A stretch of 64,000 bases of DNA from Eledone cirrhosa (taxonomy: Eukaryota), in contig OZ024743.1 of the NCBI GenBank assembly GCA_964016885.1, forward strand, positions 204,104,001-204,168,000, in the 5' to 3' direction. The number at the start of each line of letters is the position of its first letter. Position 1 is the first letter of the stretch. The position numbers and the translations under genes were made by a program. The notes under the pieces are model-generated. The model was given only the letters and a program-made list of their open reading frames with translations, was not told where the DNA came from and made no database searches. Below are positions 15,661-28,686 of the stretch, piece after piece.

Positions 15661-16689
15661 TCGTTTTCGGGGCGGCATAGCGCTTACCAGGCGGGCGGGC
15701 CCTGTCCGTGTCTGCGTTGCGAGTGTTGCTGTTCTTATCTAACTTCCTATTCTTTTGAGCTGGTTCTTTATTATCAGTGATTAGTTCTTTACTAATAGGA
15801 ATTTATTTTTGTATTTCACCACGGTTGACATAATGGGCTTGGAGAGTTGACTCCCTTGAAGTCTGACCACTCGATAAGTTAGGGGTTGTGCCCCTTGATC
15901 AGGGGTGTGTATAGCTGGTCTACCTGCTGTCTGCTACTACTCGAGACTGGACACGGTCGTAGCCACAGGCCAGCGCGTGCGCGATAGCATAGAATGTATA
16001 TTTTCTGCTGGTCACCCCGTGTAATATGATACCCTAAGATTCCATGCTTGAGATTCACCGAAGCATGCGCAGTCGTAACCGGGAGATGACATGCGAACTT
16101 GAAAATACCACAAGCGAGACCCTCTGGATAACGTAGACGCAGGACCATACCCGCAAATAAATACCCTGATCTGTCTTGAATATACAGGGCTGACGGAATA
16201 TGGATAGCACGACCACCATCTAAGCTGAGAACGACCCATACAGCAAACAAAGAGAGGACAGCCCTTCGATTTTGACCAGTCGCGTGTGGACTTGGAGTTC
16301 GTAATATACCACCCCAGTCAAGTCCACACTGGTTTTTTAACGATATAGCATGTGGACCAATACATCATGCGTGGCGAAACCTTGGACTTAGAACCAGCAG
16401 GCTCGTCTATCGCGAAAGCGTTCAACCCCTGAAACTAAAGGATCGAACGGACCACATCCGGCAACCACTGGCTATTAGATCCACAGGTACATCTCCCAGA
16501 GAGTCCACGCAGATAATAGTGAACCCCAGGTGATCTACGAACGTTTAAACAAGACCAGCTGCGCCTGGAGCTATGCAGATGACTGCTTACGCCTAGTGGA
16601 TATCGTGCCTGGAGCTGTGCAGGGGACTGCATAGGCAGAATGGATATCGCGCCCACACGGTTACCAGTAATGTTCATCCTGTTATATTT

Positions 16690-16862
16690 TTGCAATAATT
16701 TTATGATAATTTTGTAATAATTTTGCGATAATTTTATGATAATTTGATAGTTTTGTAATGATTTTGTGGTAATTTTGTGATGATTTGATAATTTTGTAAT
16801 GATTTTGTGGTAATTTTGTAATGATTTTGTAATAATTTTTAATCCTGTATCAATAATTTTAG
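16690..16862. repeat. Degenerate ~10-11 bp tandem repeat (ataattttgt-like)
   Basis: Direct reading. Confidence 0.8.
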
Positions 16863-17164
16863 AATGTTTTTTTGTGATAATACAGGGTTAGATCACGGAA
16901 GCTACCTTGTACCTTCTTGAGGATACATTTTATGATTATTGTCTTTTTGCTTATGTATTTTCTTAGTTGCCACTTTCTTTAATCTTGCCCAACTTGATAA
17001 ACTCCTTGAATTGCTCCCTAATTAAATTGCTTAAATTGCTTAGATTATTGTACCTATTATGCCTAAGTTGTATCTGTTGAAGCAGCCCTTTGAAAATTCC
17101 TCGGATATCCCAAATACCATAATTTTTAACTTTTAATGTATAGTTTTCCTCAATTCGTTTTTAT

Positions 17165-17845
17165 ATTTATCCTCAAGGGCTCTCTAAAATTTTAATTCTT
17201 CGAAGGGTCTCTCGGAGGAAGTTCCTATTGGAAATAGTAAAGGGGCCTTTTCTGAGAGATTTATGGAAGGCTCTCTGAATTAACCTCTAATTGATTAGTT
17301 TCTTTCAACCTAGTTTTCAATTCAGTTTTCTGAATTTTGTAAACGTGATCTCGGGAGAAGAAGGTTTTTTTCTTTGGGAAAACATTTTTTTCTCTAGAAG
17401 AAATTTCATAGGAACTCTATATATTCTTTAGGGAAACTTTATATTTTTATTTTCTTATTTTATTAGCCTCTTAATTTTCTTCTAGACTAATAGGTGTATT
17501 GGAGCCTGTAAGCTTTATGCACTCATTGAGGGATTTTCTGAGGTGCTTCTACGGGACCCCAAGTCTCTTGGTTTAATGTTGATGCGTGAATTATATATTT
17601 TTGTCTAATTTTTAAACTTCAATCCCTGACCCCGACAACTAATATAAAAGAGCCCCCCTTAAAGCGGAGTTGCTGATGTATACAACAATTTCAAACTGCT
17701 AGCCTTGAGTGATACGTTGATGTAAACAATGATCTTGCAATCACATGTTATATGCCTTGATAAGTCCCACCATGGGGTCGGACGAAACGGCTGTCGGCAA
17801 TAAACTTGTTATAATGTCATAATAGTTCCTTTGTTCTTTTTCACT

Positions 17846-17848
<3 letters not shown>
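17165..17848 (+). mobile_element. PLE 3' pLTR family, second copy at ~40970-41698
   Basis: Colinear similarity over ~700 bp with 40970-41698; both end in HHR, AATAAA and (TA)n. Confidence 0.8.
17753..17799 (+). ncRNA. Type I hammerhead, U3-A8 variant
   Basis: tgcc-TTGATAA-gtcc...ggac-GAAAC-ggct-GTC-ggca then ATAAA. Confidence 0.85.
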
Positions 17849-17897
<49 letters not shown>

Positions 17898-17905
17898 CAT
17901 ATATT

Positions 17906-19600
17906 TTGGTAAACGGAATAGAAAATGCTGACAAATTGTTCACAGTTGAAAAATGGTTTAATTAGGAATAAAAGAGTATTAGTGATTGTATGGGTTAGTA
18001 TTCAGTTGTGGTTTTAAGTTTTTAAGTTTTTACCGGTTGCGCATTTCTAAATGCTTTTCAAAAATAATTTTGAGATAGAGTGTCCGTGTTGTTTGCTCTG
18101 ATCTGATTAGTTTTGGGAATTCCACCTGTTTTTAATTCTGGATGGATAATTTCCACAATGAACTACCACAACGCATCAAAAAAGAATTCGTGATAGAGGG
18201 ACTCAAATTTATCTTGGAGAACAATTACTTCGTTTTCAATAACAAACCCTACAGGCAGAAATCTGGGACCGCTATGGGAACGAAAACAGCCCCCACTTAT
18301 GCCAACCTAGTCATGGGATACCTGGAAATCACCCTCTACATTAAAGTCCTAAACAAATTTGGAAACACCCTCCACTTACACATTGAAAGGAACTGGAAGC
18401 GATATCTAGATGACTGCTTCATCCTTTGGCACGAAAACATCGAACAACTTAAAGAATTTCACACCCTTATAAATGGGCTCAACACGAATATTAACTTCAC
18501 GATGGAATACAGCCATCAACAACTCCCCTTCCTCGACATCCTCATTAAGATCCATAACAAAAAAATAGAAACAGACATATACTACAAGCCCACAGACTCC
18601 AAGCAATATCTCCCCTTCAACTCTTGGCACCCTAGACACGTTAAAATTAATATTCCCTACAACTTAGCCAAGAGCATCTGTACTATACTCTCCAATAAAA
18701 ACATCTGCTACTTACGGCTACAAGAACTAAAGGACACACTCATAGGCAGGGACTACCCTGCATCACTAATTGACAATGGAATCCAACGTGCCCTAAAACT
18801 CAGTACCCAGGACCTTAGACACCCTAAAGTAAATCAACCGAAACTAAAAGCTCTTCCATACATCTCCACACACAACCCCCTCAACAATGAGGCCTTTGAC
18901 ACCATCCTCCAGAACATCCCTGTGTTGAAAAAGGACCATAGAATGAACCAAATTCTACGAACACACGATATCATAAAGAGCAAAAGACAATCCAAGTCAA
19001 TGAAAAACATCCTAACACATGCCAAAGTACTGCCAACCACAACAACGAAACCCACAGTAAAAAAATGCGATAGACCCAACTGTGGTATTTGCATCAACCT
19101 AATAGAGGGTTCGGAATTCTATTTCAAAGATGGACAACTTTTTATAATAAAACACAATTTCACATGTGCATCGGAAAATCTAATATATGTATTAACTTGC
19201 TCAGGTTGTCGAGAACAATACATAGGCCAGACCAAAAACAGCCTCCGCCAACGCATGACTGTCCATAGATCCCAAATTAAAATACGGGAATACAGGAAAA
19301 TACCACTGAGTGAACACATTGATACCTGTGCCGCCCAAAATCATCCCAACTTCAGAATCTTTTCCCTCTACAAATTTAAAGATAATGCCACCCACACCCA
19401 GCGCATCAGCAAGGAATCTTACTTCATTAACAAATACGGACCCCGTCTAAACACTTCTCCCTAAGACGCACCCACAACATACACACGTCAACATACATAC
19501 CTACATCAGCACACATCTCTACCCACATAAACACAATGACACACGTAAACACACATGCTCTATGGTGCAATACAAAAAGATATATGTGCATATATATGTA

Positions 19601-19633
<33 letters not shown>

Positions 19634-19930
19634 GTAGTGAATATATGTGTGTGTGTGTGTGTGTATATATATAGTGAATATCATTTCACACCTTTTATTG
19701 TTAAGATTTTTGATGTTCTATTAAGAGAACCGATTTTACTGAAAAAATCGAATAATGTACACGATTTTACCAGGGGGAAAAATACTGGTCCCCCCCCCCA
19801 CACATATATACACAAACACACGCGTACATCAACATACAAAGAGACTTATACACACACACACACACACACGCACTTCTCCGTATAAGACAAAAGCTGAAAA
19901 ATATCCTTTGACCTTCGAATGACTCTGCTG

Positions 19931-20001
<71 letters not shown>

Positions 20002-20061
20002 ATCTTAATAGCCATTTGACACACATCGCTGCTGGCTATCGTCGCAGCATCGAATACCTTA

Positions 20062-20115
<54 letters not shown>

Positions 20116-20483
20116 TTGTTGTGAAAGAGTCATTTCTCAATCTTGGCGCAAAACCAATTTTTTATCCACATGACCTCTACCGACCAATCAAAATTGTTTT
20201 GACCACAAGCATTTTTGCAAAACAAAAATAACGCTGGAGCCAATTTTTTTAACATAAAAACAGGTAGAATTCCCAAAACTAATCAGATCAGAGCAAACAG
20301 CACGGACACTCTATCTCAAAATTATTTTTGAAAAGCATTTAGAAATGCGCAACCGGTAAAAACTTAAAAACTTAAAACCACAACCGAATACTAACCCATA
20401 CAATCACTAATACTCTTTTATTCCTAATTAAACCATTTTTCAACTGTGAACAATTTGTCAGCATTTTCTATTCCGTTTACCAA
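17906..20483 (+). mobile_element. Neptune-type PLE, 5'-truncated, with inverted 5' pLTR (17906-18134 vs 20255-20483)
   Basis: ~230-bp terminal inverted repeat around an RT+GIY-YIG ORF. Confidence 0.9.
18142..19464 (+). CDS. PLE RT (C-terminal half) + Cys-rich linker + GIY-YIG endonuclease
   Basis: GTAMGT..AP.YANL, RYLDD, LPFLD, IYYKPT, C-x4-C-x2-C linker, LIY..C..C..YIGQT. Confidence 0.9.
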   Translation: MDNFHNELPQRIKKEFVIEGLKFILENNYFVFNNKPYRQKSGTAMGTKTAPTYANLVMGYLEITLYIKVLNKFGNTLHLHIERNWKRYLDDCFILWHENIEQLKEFHTLINGLNTNINFTMEYSHQQLPFLDILIKIHNKKIETDIYYKPTDSKQYLPFNSWHPRHVKINIPYNLAKSICTILSNKNICYLRLQELKDTLIGRDYPASLIDNGIQRALKLSTQDLRHPKVNQPKLKALPYISTHNPLNNEAFDTILQNIPVLKKDHRMNQILRTHDIIKSKRQSKSMKNILTHAKVLPTTTTKPTVKKCDRPNCGICINLIEGSEFYFKDGQLFIIKHNFTCASENLIYVLTCSGCREQYIGQTKNSLRQRMTVHRSQIKIREYRKIPLSEHIDTCAAQNHPNFRIFSLYKFKDNATHTQRISKESYFINKYGPRLNTSP

Positions 20484-20600
20484 TATATAATAACTTGTGT
20501 GTTACACCTCTATTCTTTTAACTATATATATATATATATATATACATATATGTATATATATATATATACATATATGTATATATATATATACATATATATA

Positions 20601-20691
<91 letters not shown>

Positions 20692-20716
20692 GTATATATA
20701 TATATATGTATATATG

Positions 20717-20765
<49 letters not shown>

Positions 20766-20799
20766 GTATATATATATGTATATATATATATGTGTGTGT

Positions 20800-21062
20800 G
20801 TAGATAAATCTACCAATATATACGGTAATGTCTAAACCGTATGAAGAACTCAATGTAATCCAAATATCATGAAAAGAAAAGATGTATTCAAAATTCTTTC
20901 GATGAAAATCACAGGAAAACAGAGTCAAGATAAATTAATAAAAACAATGAATAAAAACAAAGAAACAGTTCCTTATATTAAAAAATTCATAATTTTACGA
21001 TCGTTTCTAGAATATATATTTGTGTGTTGGTATGTATATCATATAGATCTATGTAAAAAATT
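20800..21062 (-). mobile_element. Partial pLTR related to 58440-58722
   Basis: Reverse complement resembles 58440-58722, including GAAAC-gatc-GTA half-HHR. Confidence 0.75.
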
Positions 21063-21245
21063 TACAATCCTGTTCATGAACATTATAAACAAACATACAC
21101 CTCAGCAATACTCCCACAATTTCCTTACATCTCTTTGCCAGACAAGTATCATAGACTTTACCAGGGAGGATAAACAAGGAGATTCCTCTATAATTAGAGC
21201 ACTCTCTATTGTCTCCTTTGAAAATTTGAATTATCGCTCCCAATT
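21063..21245 (-). pseudogene. LINE RT fragment
   Basis: IFKGDNRECSNYRGISL..PGKVY. Confidence 0.75.
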
Positions 21246-21489
21246 CCCATTGCTTTCCCTAGATCCTGGCTACCTGGCACTAATATGAGTGATTAATAAA
21301 TATATTTTTCAAAATGAAATTATCGATGCAGGTAGGATTTTTTGATTGCCTTATTGATCTAGAAAATTTGCTTCTTCATAAGTATAATGACATGAAAAAA
21401 TACAAGTTTTTAGAAATTAAATTATAATTAATTTAATTATGACAAATATGTTTACCCGGTTCTTACCACAAACAAATTATTTTCCTGAA

Positions 21490-22010
21490 ACATGACAATA
21501 ATCTATGTTGTACATATAAATTGGAAACAGTCACCCTCCACATTAAGTGCTTTGAAAAAACTGCTTCATTAGTCCTAGTTTAATATGAAGGAGAGGGAAG
21601 ATGATTTTCTCTTGCCCACCGAGTTGTTGGTGTATGATAGATATTCTTCTCTCCAGCAGTCAAACTTTATTTCTAACTGACCAGTGCTTCTGTTCCCAAA
21701 GTTTATCTTTCACTCAGCTATCCCATAAACACTGGAAACACGGATATTTTGTATACCCTCCTTGTTGAGCAACTAAATAGTTGACCAGTTTCAGATTCAC
21801 ACACGTCTTATTTGAGTAAATCTAATACAGTTTTTATGTTTTCATGCTTCTCTTTTAAGTGCACAGAGCAACCAATAGGAATTACACCTAACAGTTTTCC
21901 ATTATGGAATAATACACATTTTAGACTCTTATTTTAACTATCTATTAAGAGTCTCCAATCATGAGGATCATACTGTAGAGCACACATTGCTTGTAACAGT
22001 CCCATCACAT
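21490..22010 (-). pseudogene. DNA transposase remnant, probably CMC/Chapaev3-like
   Basis: Manual translation: DWRLLIDS*NKSLKCVLFHNGKLLGVIPIGCSVHLKE ... PLLHIKLGLMKQF..KAL...GDCF, with stops and frameshifts. Superfamily assigned from memory. Confidence 0.6.
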
Positions 22011-22182
22011 TACAGCGTGATAGAAAAAAGTATTGTTATTTTTAAACTTAAGGGCCCCAAATTACTCAAGAACGGGTCAAACTTAGGTCAGCAGAAAAAA
22101 AGCAAAATTTTGTTGGTCAGTGTTATTTAGCAAGTGTGAAAACCTACCAACACTTCTTTTTCTAGAAAAAAGATATAGTAAA

Positions 22183-22868
22183 TGTATAGAAGCCACCCCA
22201 CTCGCTTTCAGTGAGGAAAACATTTCTCGGTTTTTTCATGTGCTATCAACTAATCTAACCTCCAAGATTCTGGCAATCGACATTTCGAAGAATGGAAGGA
22301 GTTGGGTATCACCCACACCACGGAGTTTTCCTTACGACTTTTTTTTTTTTTTTTTGTTATCAACGAGTAGGACATCCAAACCAATCGGAAACGAGATATG
22401 TAGAAAACGTAAGGTGAAAGGGTGCGAAAAGACCATGCAGTTGCGCAGATCTACGCACCTATCACGTTTGGTGGAAAATAATTTTCTTTATTTTATTTTG
22501 TTTTTTCTAGACCTCTTCGATGCTTAGAATCGGCTTTTTTTCCCCAGATAACAGAAACCATAAACCTAACTCTAAACGTAACTCTAACCATAAAACGATG
22601 TATATATCTGCGAAACTCCGATGGTCTTTTCACTCCCCCTTTTTCTACATATCTAGTCGTTTCCAACTGGTTTGGGGATCATGTGTGTTGATAACACGCG
22701 ACAAAAAAAATCCGTAAAGAAAACTGCTAGGGAAAGTATCCCACCCTCTCCTTCTCCAAGAAAAAAAAGTTGATTGCCAGAATCTTGGAGGTTAGATTAG
22801 TTGATAACACACGAAAAAAAAAGCGAGAAAACATTTTTTTCCACTAAAATCGAGTGGGATGTTCTATA
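22183..22868. mobile_element. Foldback MITE-like element
   Basis: Imperfect palindrome along most of its length (aactaatctaacctccaagattctggcaatc / gattgccagaatcttggaggttagattagtt; inner tatgtagaaaa / ttttctacata); TA at both ends. Confidence 0.7.
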
Positions 22869-22974
22869 ATAATACCAAAAATATACTAACGTCTAAGATA
22901 TTTGGTCACGTAAAAACTGCATCCTTTAACACTTTAAAAGTTTTTGTGATTATATATATATATATATGTATATA

Positions 22975-25612
22975 ATGAAAAATTTGAACAGGGACAGAAC
23001 AGAGAGGCAGTACAATAAATGTTTATTAAATTCACGCTCAGGAGAGTGGGGGGTAGGTGGGGGACGACGTTTCGGGCATAAGCCCTTCCTCAGGTGAGAA
23101 GTGTGTGGGAACAGAGTTCAAAAGGTGTGTAGGGGAGTGGTGGAGAGACATATAGCGAAAGGAAACGGTGCGAATGAAAAATTAACAAATAAAGATAAAA
23201 AATATAAAAAATAAAAATAAAGCATGATCAAAATACAAGGAATGAGAAAATTTAAAAATAAAGGCATGATCAAAATAAACTGAAATTAAAAGGGGGGTAA
23301 ACAGGTGGTGGAAGGGTGTGGGTGAGTAGGGGTGGTGGCGGGTGGAGTGGGGTGAGGGAGACGGGGTGTCCGAGCGGGGAGGGCTGAAGGTGGTGTGTGT
23401 GTGTAGTTGTGCGTGTGTGTGTGTGTGTGTGTGTGTATGTGAAAGTGAGGGTTGGGGGAAGAACGGGGTTGCATGTTCATGAAGAGGTGTGTGTGGGGGG
23501 GTGTTTTTGTGGGTCGGAGTGTCTGTGCGTGTGTGGATAGGGGGGTGCGGGGGAGAGGAATCAGGAGACTGAGGGTGTAAATATGTGGTGGGAAGCACGT
23601 GTGTGTGGGGTTTAAGCGTGTTGTGGGTGTGGGTGGCGTGTGGAGAAAACATTTTTTTGGGGGTGTGTGTGTGGGTGAATTATATAGGTGATGACGTAAG
23701 AGGATGGTTGAAAAGTTGGTAAGTTCCAAGGATGTTTGGAGATTTGGTTATAAGTCAATTTCTGCGTGTGGGTAATCCATGAAGCGGTGGTCGGAAGAGG
23801 AGAGATGTGGGGTGCGCGCGCAACAGGAAGAGGTCAGCAGTGGGATTGCTGTGGTCTGTTGGTGCTGGGAGGTGGTCAGAAGGGCATAGCAGCAGTCGGT
23901 GGAATGGTAGGGGGGCGAAGATGGGTAGGTGTGAGAGTTGGAGTGAGGAGGGTGTTTGTGTGTGTGTCTGTGTATTAGTAGGGGTGTTAGTGGGATGAGT
24001 GAGTGTGGAGCGGGGGGTGGGTGGAGCGGGGAGAGAAGGGTGTGTGTGGTTCTATGGAGGGAGTGTGGTGTACTGGTGTGTGTGTAGTTTGGTGAAGAGG
24101 TGTTAGTGGGTGTTAGTATACGGGAGGTGGGGAGGGGTGGAATGCAGGTGTGAGTGGGGTTTAGTGGTGGTAGGGTGTGTAGAGTTGGTGGTGTACGAGG
24201 GTGTGTGGGTACGTGGGGTTGGGGGTGTTAGTGATGTTAGTTGCGTGTGGGGTGGGTGGTGTAAGTGGGTGCGTGTGTGCGTGTGATAAGGAGGGGGGGG
24301 AGGAGAAGAGGGGAGGGAAGGGATGTTAGTATGTTAGTTGGGGAAGGGTGGTCAGATGAGGGGTGGAGTGGAGGTGTTAGTATTGTTAGTGTGGGGTGGG
24401 CGGTGAAAAGGAGGGGTGTGTTAGTGGTGTTAGTGGGGGATAAGTGTGGGGGGAGGGGGGCGCTCGAACGCTAAAGGAATAAGGGTGGGGAGTTCAGGCC
24501 GGGGGGAGTGTGGGTCTGTAAGATGAAGATAGTTCGTTGTTCGACCGTAAGGCGATGGGCGGGTGTTCCGTGGCACTGGAGTAGGCCACAGACTGTGAGA
24601 TGGCGTGCGGAGTGTCCAGGGCCACCAAAGTGGCGGGCGATTGGGGAACTGCCCCCGAGACGAATATCCCGGAGGTGCTCCGTGACTCGGTCCGCCAGGC
24701 GACGTCCCGTCTGTCCGACTAGGTTGGAGGAGGTGCAGCGGAAGGCATGCCGGACCGAGAGAGAGTGGCCGTTGGGACCCTGGAAGGTGGTGGTGTTGGT
24801 GATGTGGGGACAGGTGTTGCAGCGGGGCCTAGAACAGGGGAAGGAACCGGGGGGGGAACAGAGCGTGGGTTGGGGGGTAGGGAGCTGTGGACGAGGAGGG
24901 TGCGGAGATTGCGTGCGCGTTTGAAGGAGGGGAGTGGTGGGGTTGGGAAGATGTGGGAGGTGGAGGGGTCGGACTGGAGGCGTCGGAAGAGGCGGTGGAG
25001 GGGTAAGGTGGAGGGGTGGTAGGTGATGGGGAAGGGGAGACGGTGGGTGGGTGTGCGGTGGCGTGGGGTGAGGGTGGTGGAGCGGGGGATAGCACGGGCG
25101 CGGGTGAGAGCGGTGTAGACGAGAGGGGGGGGGGAACCTCTGCGGATGAAATGGCTGACTAGGGAAAGGGCCTGGGACTCGAAGTCAGCATCACGGCTAC
25201 AGAGGCGGCGGATCCTGAGAAGTTGGGAGTAGGGAATGGAGAGTTTAGTGTGGGTGGGGTGGGAAGAGGTGAAGTCGAGGTAAGAGTGGGAGTCGGTGGG
25301 TTTGAAGAAGGCGGAGGTGACGAGGGAGTGGTGGGAGGGGTCGAAGGCGACGGAGATGTCTAAGAAGTGGACGTGGGTGGTGGAGATAGAGGTGGTGAAG
25401 TGGAGGGAGGGGTGGAAGGAGCAGAAGAAGGAGAGAAAGGAGTCGAGCTGTTCTCGGGTGAGGGTCGTGGCTCCGATACAGTCGTCAATGTAACGACCGT
25501 ACAGTTCGGGCGTGGGGCCGGTGTACTGGGCAAAGATTTGGGCCTCAACATGGCCAACAAAAAGGTTGGCATAGTTCGGGCCCATTCTTGTGCCCATGGC
25601 TACCCATCGCAC
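22975..25612 (-). mobile_element. GC-rich Neptune/Poseidon-type PLE, 5'-truncated, frameshifted
   Basis: ORF 24719-25612: AMGTRMGPNYANLF, RYIDD, FLD, KPTDSHSYL. GIY-YIG tail GQTGRRLADRVTEH in another frame; long CA-rich 3' UTR; HHR. Confidence 0.9.
23063..23096 (-). ncRNA. Minimal (dimer-type) hammerhead
   Basis: cac-CTGAGGA-a-gggc-ttat-gccc-GAAAC-GTC-gtc; loopless palindromic stem III. Confidence 0.75.
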
Positions 25613-25745
25613 GCTGGTATCATTTCTTGTTTTGTTTCTCTCCCCCTATCTCCCTCACTCTCTTTCTTCCGTTCTCTTACCCTCTCATCGCTTCCCCCTC
25701 TTTCGTTCCCTCTCTATCATCCCTTTTTCTTTTTCTCTCTCTCTT

Positions 25746-25788
<43 letters not shown>

Positions 25789-26059
25789 CCTCGCCTCTTT
25801 CTTTTTCTCTCTCTCTCATCCCCTCTCGCTCTTTCTTAACCCCCAACCCTTCTCTCTCTCTCTCCAGAATGGAGAACAAAAACAAAATGGATATCTTTCG
25901 ATTCGGACGCTGGTTTGCACACACGCACACAAAAGATTTGAACTTCCATAATCCTTTTGAGAAATGTGGACCCGCTACATCTATGCAAGGGCACAGACTT
26001 TACAGCCAGGAGGATGAGGAACCACCTCCTAGAGGTCACTATTCTTGGAAGCAAACATC

Positions 26060-26298
26060 AAAGAGAAAATTCATTTATTCCCAAGATTCCTCATATCCAT
26101 TCATCTACCGAGCTGCCATTCAAATTCTCAAGACTTCAGTTCACTGTTTAAAGCCAGTTTTGCTATGACGGTACATAAAGCTCAGACTCAGAGTTTCAAA
26201 GTTGTAGAATTGAATAAAAGAGAATCGCTTTTTACGCATAGACAGTTGTATGTAGGTTGTTCACGAGTTACCCGGGTGTAGCAGGCTACGTCGGCTAG
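26060..26298 (+). mobile_element. Helitron remnant (Pif1-type helicase C-terminus and CTAG 3' end)
   Basis: FIPKIP...LPFKFSRLQF / FAMTVHKAQTQS...QLYVGCSRV; ends in ggCTAG|T. 5' boundary unresolved (may extend to ~25615). Confidence 0.8.
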
Positions 26299-26729
26299 TC
26301 ATAAAATAAATGAAAAGAAATGTCACCTTACCGACAAATATGTTGAGCAGTAGAAATCTCTTCATTTTTATCGTCTTCGTTTTTCAAGAGTTGTAGCTAA
26401 CAGAAACTTACCGCGGGTGTTGCATGTAGGTACTAATTATTAAAGTATGCAACCGGATATTTTTAAAATTGCTATATGTTTTTTTAAAATCTGATTGGCT
26501 AACATTGATTTATAGCAGCCTCTTTCCTCAAATGAAATAAGCCCACCCAGATTTTCGCAAGTGCAGATTTCACGACTTGCTTCCTTGTGGTTTTAACCTG
26601 TTTGTAAAGCGGCTTGATAGTACGAATTTCTATGTATATGTATGTGAGTGAGTGTGTGTGCATGGGCGTGTTCGTTATATGAGTTATATACAAACGTTAT
26701 GTAAGTTACCTACACATCTTCACCAATTA

Positions 26730-26790
<61 letters not shown>

Positions 26791-27045
26791 TTATATATAT
26801 ATATATACGATATTAATAAATGGAAACTATATTTATAAAACCCTATTTATTTCATTATACATATTTCAGGGATACCTGAATTTAATTTGGTATCCCTGAA
26901 ATATGTATAATGAAATAAATATGGTTTTATAAATATAGTTTCCATTTATTAATATCATATATCTACTCCAAATACTTGTCGAGTGCTTTATATCAGTTAT
27001 AAAAATATTTACTTGTTGTATCCCAACAATTTTAAATAGAACTTT

Positions 27046-27081
<36 letters not shown>

Positions 27082-27188
27082 AAAGTTCTATTTAAAATTG
27101 TTGGGATAGAACAAGTAAATATATAACATTCTTGCATAGTGACCAGCGAAACTGTACAGTCAGGACGATAGAAAAAAATAGGTATATA

Positions 27189-27375
27189 GGGCGGTGGATT
27201 GGCAGTATCGGTAGAGGGTCGGACGCCATGCTTTCCAGCATAGTTACGTCCCTTTACCATCTGAGTTCAAATCCCGCCGAGGTTGACTTTGCCTTTCATC
27301 CTTACGGGGTCGATAAAATAAAGTACCAGTAATGCACTGGTAATTGCTGGCCTTGTGCCTAAAGTAGAAACAATT
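27189..27375 (+). mobile_element. tRNA-derived SINE
   Basis: A-box TGGCAGTATCGG, B-box GAGTTCAAATC, central gactttgcctttcatccttacggggtcgataaa. Confidence 0.85.
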
Positions 27376-27830
27376 ATTCCTTTTTATAATATTTTACATA
27401 ACTCTGATATTGTGTCAATTTAATTATTTCGATTATTTTGTCTCTCATAATCATAGAGTAACACTGGTTAAGTTCGACAACATACAATCTCACATACTTG
27501 TGAAAAATGTATGTTTATATATACATGTATATGTATGTATACACATATATTTGTATACCTCTCATTATTGTCTCTAACTCCCTCACGGTAGAGTAACCAC
27601 GGAAGTATAGTGACTGCTTTCAAGCAAACACTATATACACTTCTAGTCAACCTTACCACCCCTCTGTAGCCTATGTATCATATCAATATCTCCCTCCGCC
27701 TTCTGAAATATTTTCACTGCTACAAGGGATTAATACCCTTTCTTGACCGGTGTATCACGTGATAGAGTCTCCCTCCGCCTTTCTGAGATTTTCTCGCATG
27801 CTACGGACGTATGTAGTTAGGGCTCTTCCC

Positions 27831-27930
27831 TGAGGTGCTCCCTTGATAAGCTGGCTTACCTCACAACAATGTTGTATATCTATGATATAACATTCTTGCA
27901 TAGTGACCAGCGAAACTGTACAGTAGGTAT
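27831..27930 (+). ncRNA. U3-A8 hammerhead with large stem II and possible pseudoknot, in PLE end ~27121-27965
   Basis: cc-TTGATAA-gctgg...ccagc-GAAAC-tgtaca-GTA-gg; TGAGGT (27831) is complementary to ACCTCA (27858). Confidence 0.7.
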
Positions 27931-27955
27931 ATTGTATCTATTATTCCTTTTTATA

Positions 27956-28008
<53 letters not shown>

Positions 28009-28181
28009 CGTCCCGTCACGCACAAGGCGCCAAGGTACGCATGTATTGTCCAACCAAGTGCCAGTGTGGTTCAATGGCGGGTTAATAAATTAACGAGCCA
28101 GAACAAATATAAACAAGGTTTAGTAAATAATGAAAAAGTTTCAAAATAAATTTTAAAAAATTGACTTTACCTACTATAGTT

Positions 28182-28265
28182 ACCTTTACCGATCGGTTTC
28201 GAATCCCAAAAATAAAACGGAGGCCATACGGCCTTCGTTGCAAAGAGAGATTCTCGTCAGAAGGT
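28182..28265 (-). ncRNA. Type I hammerhead ribozyme
   Basis: acctt-CTGACGA-gaatctc...gggattc-GAAAC-cgatcg-GTA-aaggt. Confidence 0.88.
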
Positions 28266-28602
28266 TCTTTTCATTCAAAGAATATAAAATTCCTGAATTT
28301 AAATCACAAACTAACGCTATCAAAGACTGTTCCTGGGATGAGAGTGGATGATGTAGAACAGGTTTGTGACGGGAAGTATTTCATATTACTACTACCTCCA
28401 CAAACGTTGAGAACAAACAGGGTCATTCCGACTGCTGCTGATAACAGCGGTGGCTAGTTTGACCTACCTCCTTTTGCCTCTATCTTTACTACGGCCCTTG
28501 ATAAACCTGTTCTACATCATCCACTCTCATCCCAGGAACAGTCTTTGATAGCGCTAGTTTGTGATTTAAATTCAGGAATTTTATATTCTTTGAATGAAAA
28601 GA

Positions 28603-28686
28603 ACCTTCTGACGAGAATCTCTCTTTGCATCGAAGGCCGTATGGCCTCCGTTTTATTTTTGGGATTCGAAACCGATCGGTAAAGGT
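28603..28686 (+). ncRNA. Type I hammerhead ribozyme
   Basis: acctt-CTGACGA-gaatctc...gggattc-GAAAC-cgatcg-GTA-aaggt. Confidence 0.88.

Noticed and set aside
27189-27290. tRNA gene
   Set aside because: A and B boxes belong to a SINE head; no cloverleaf; multiple diverged copies.
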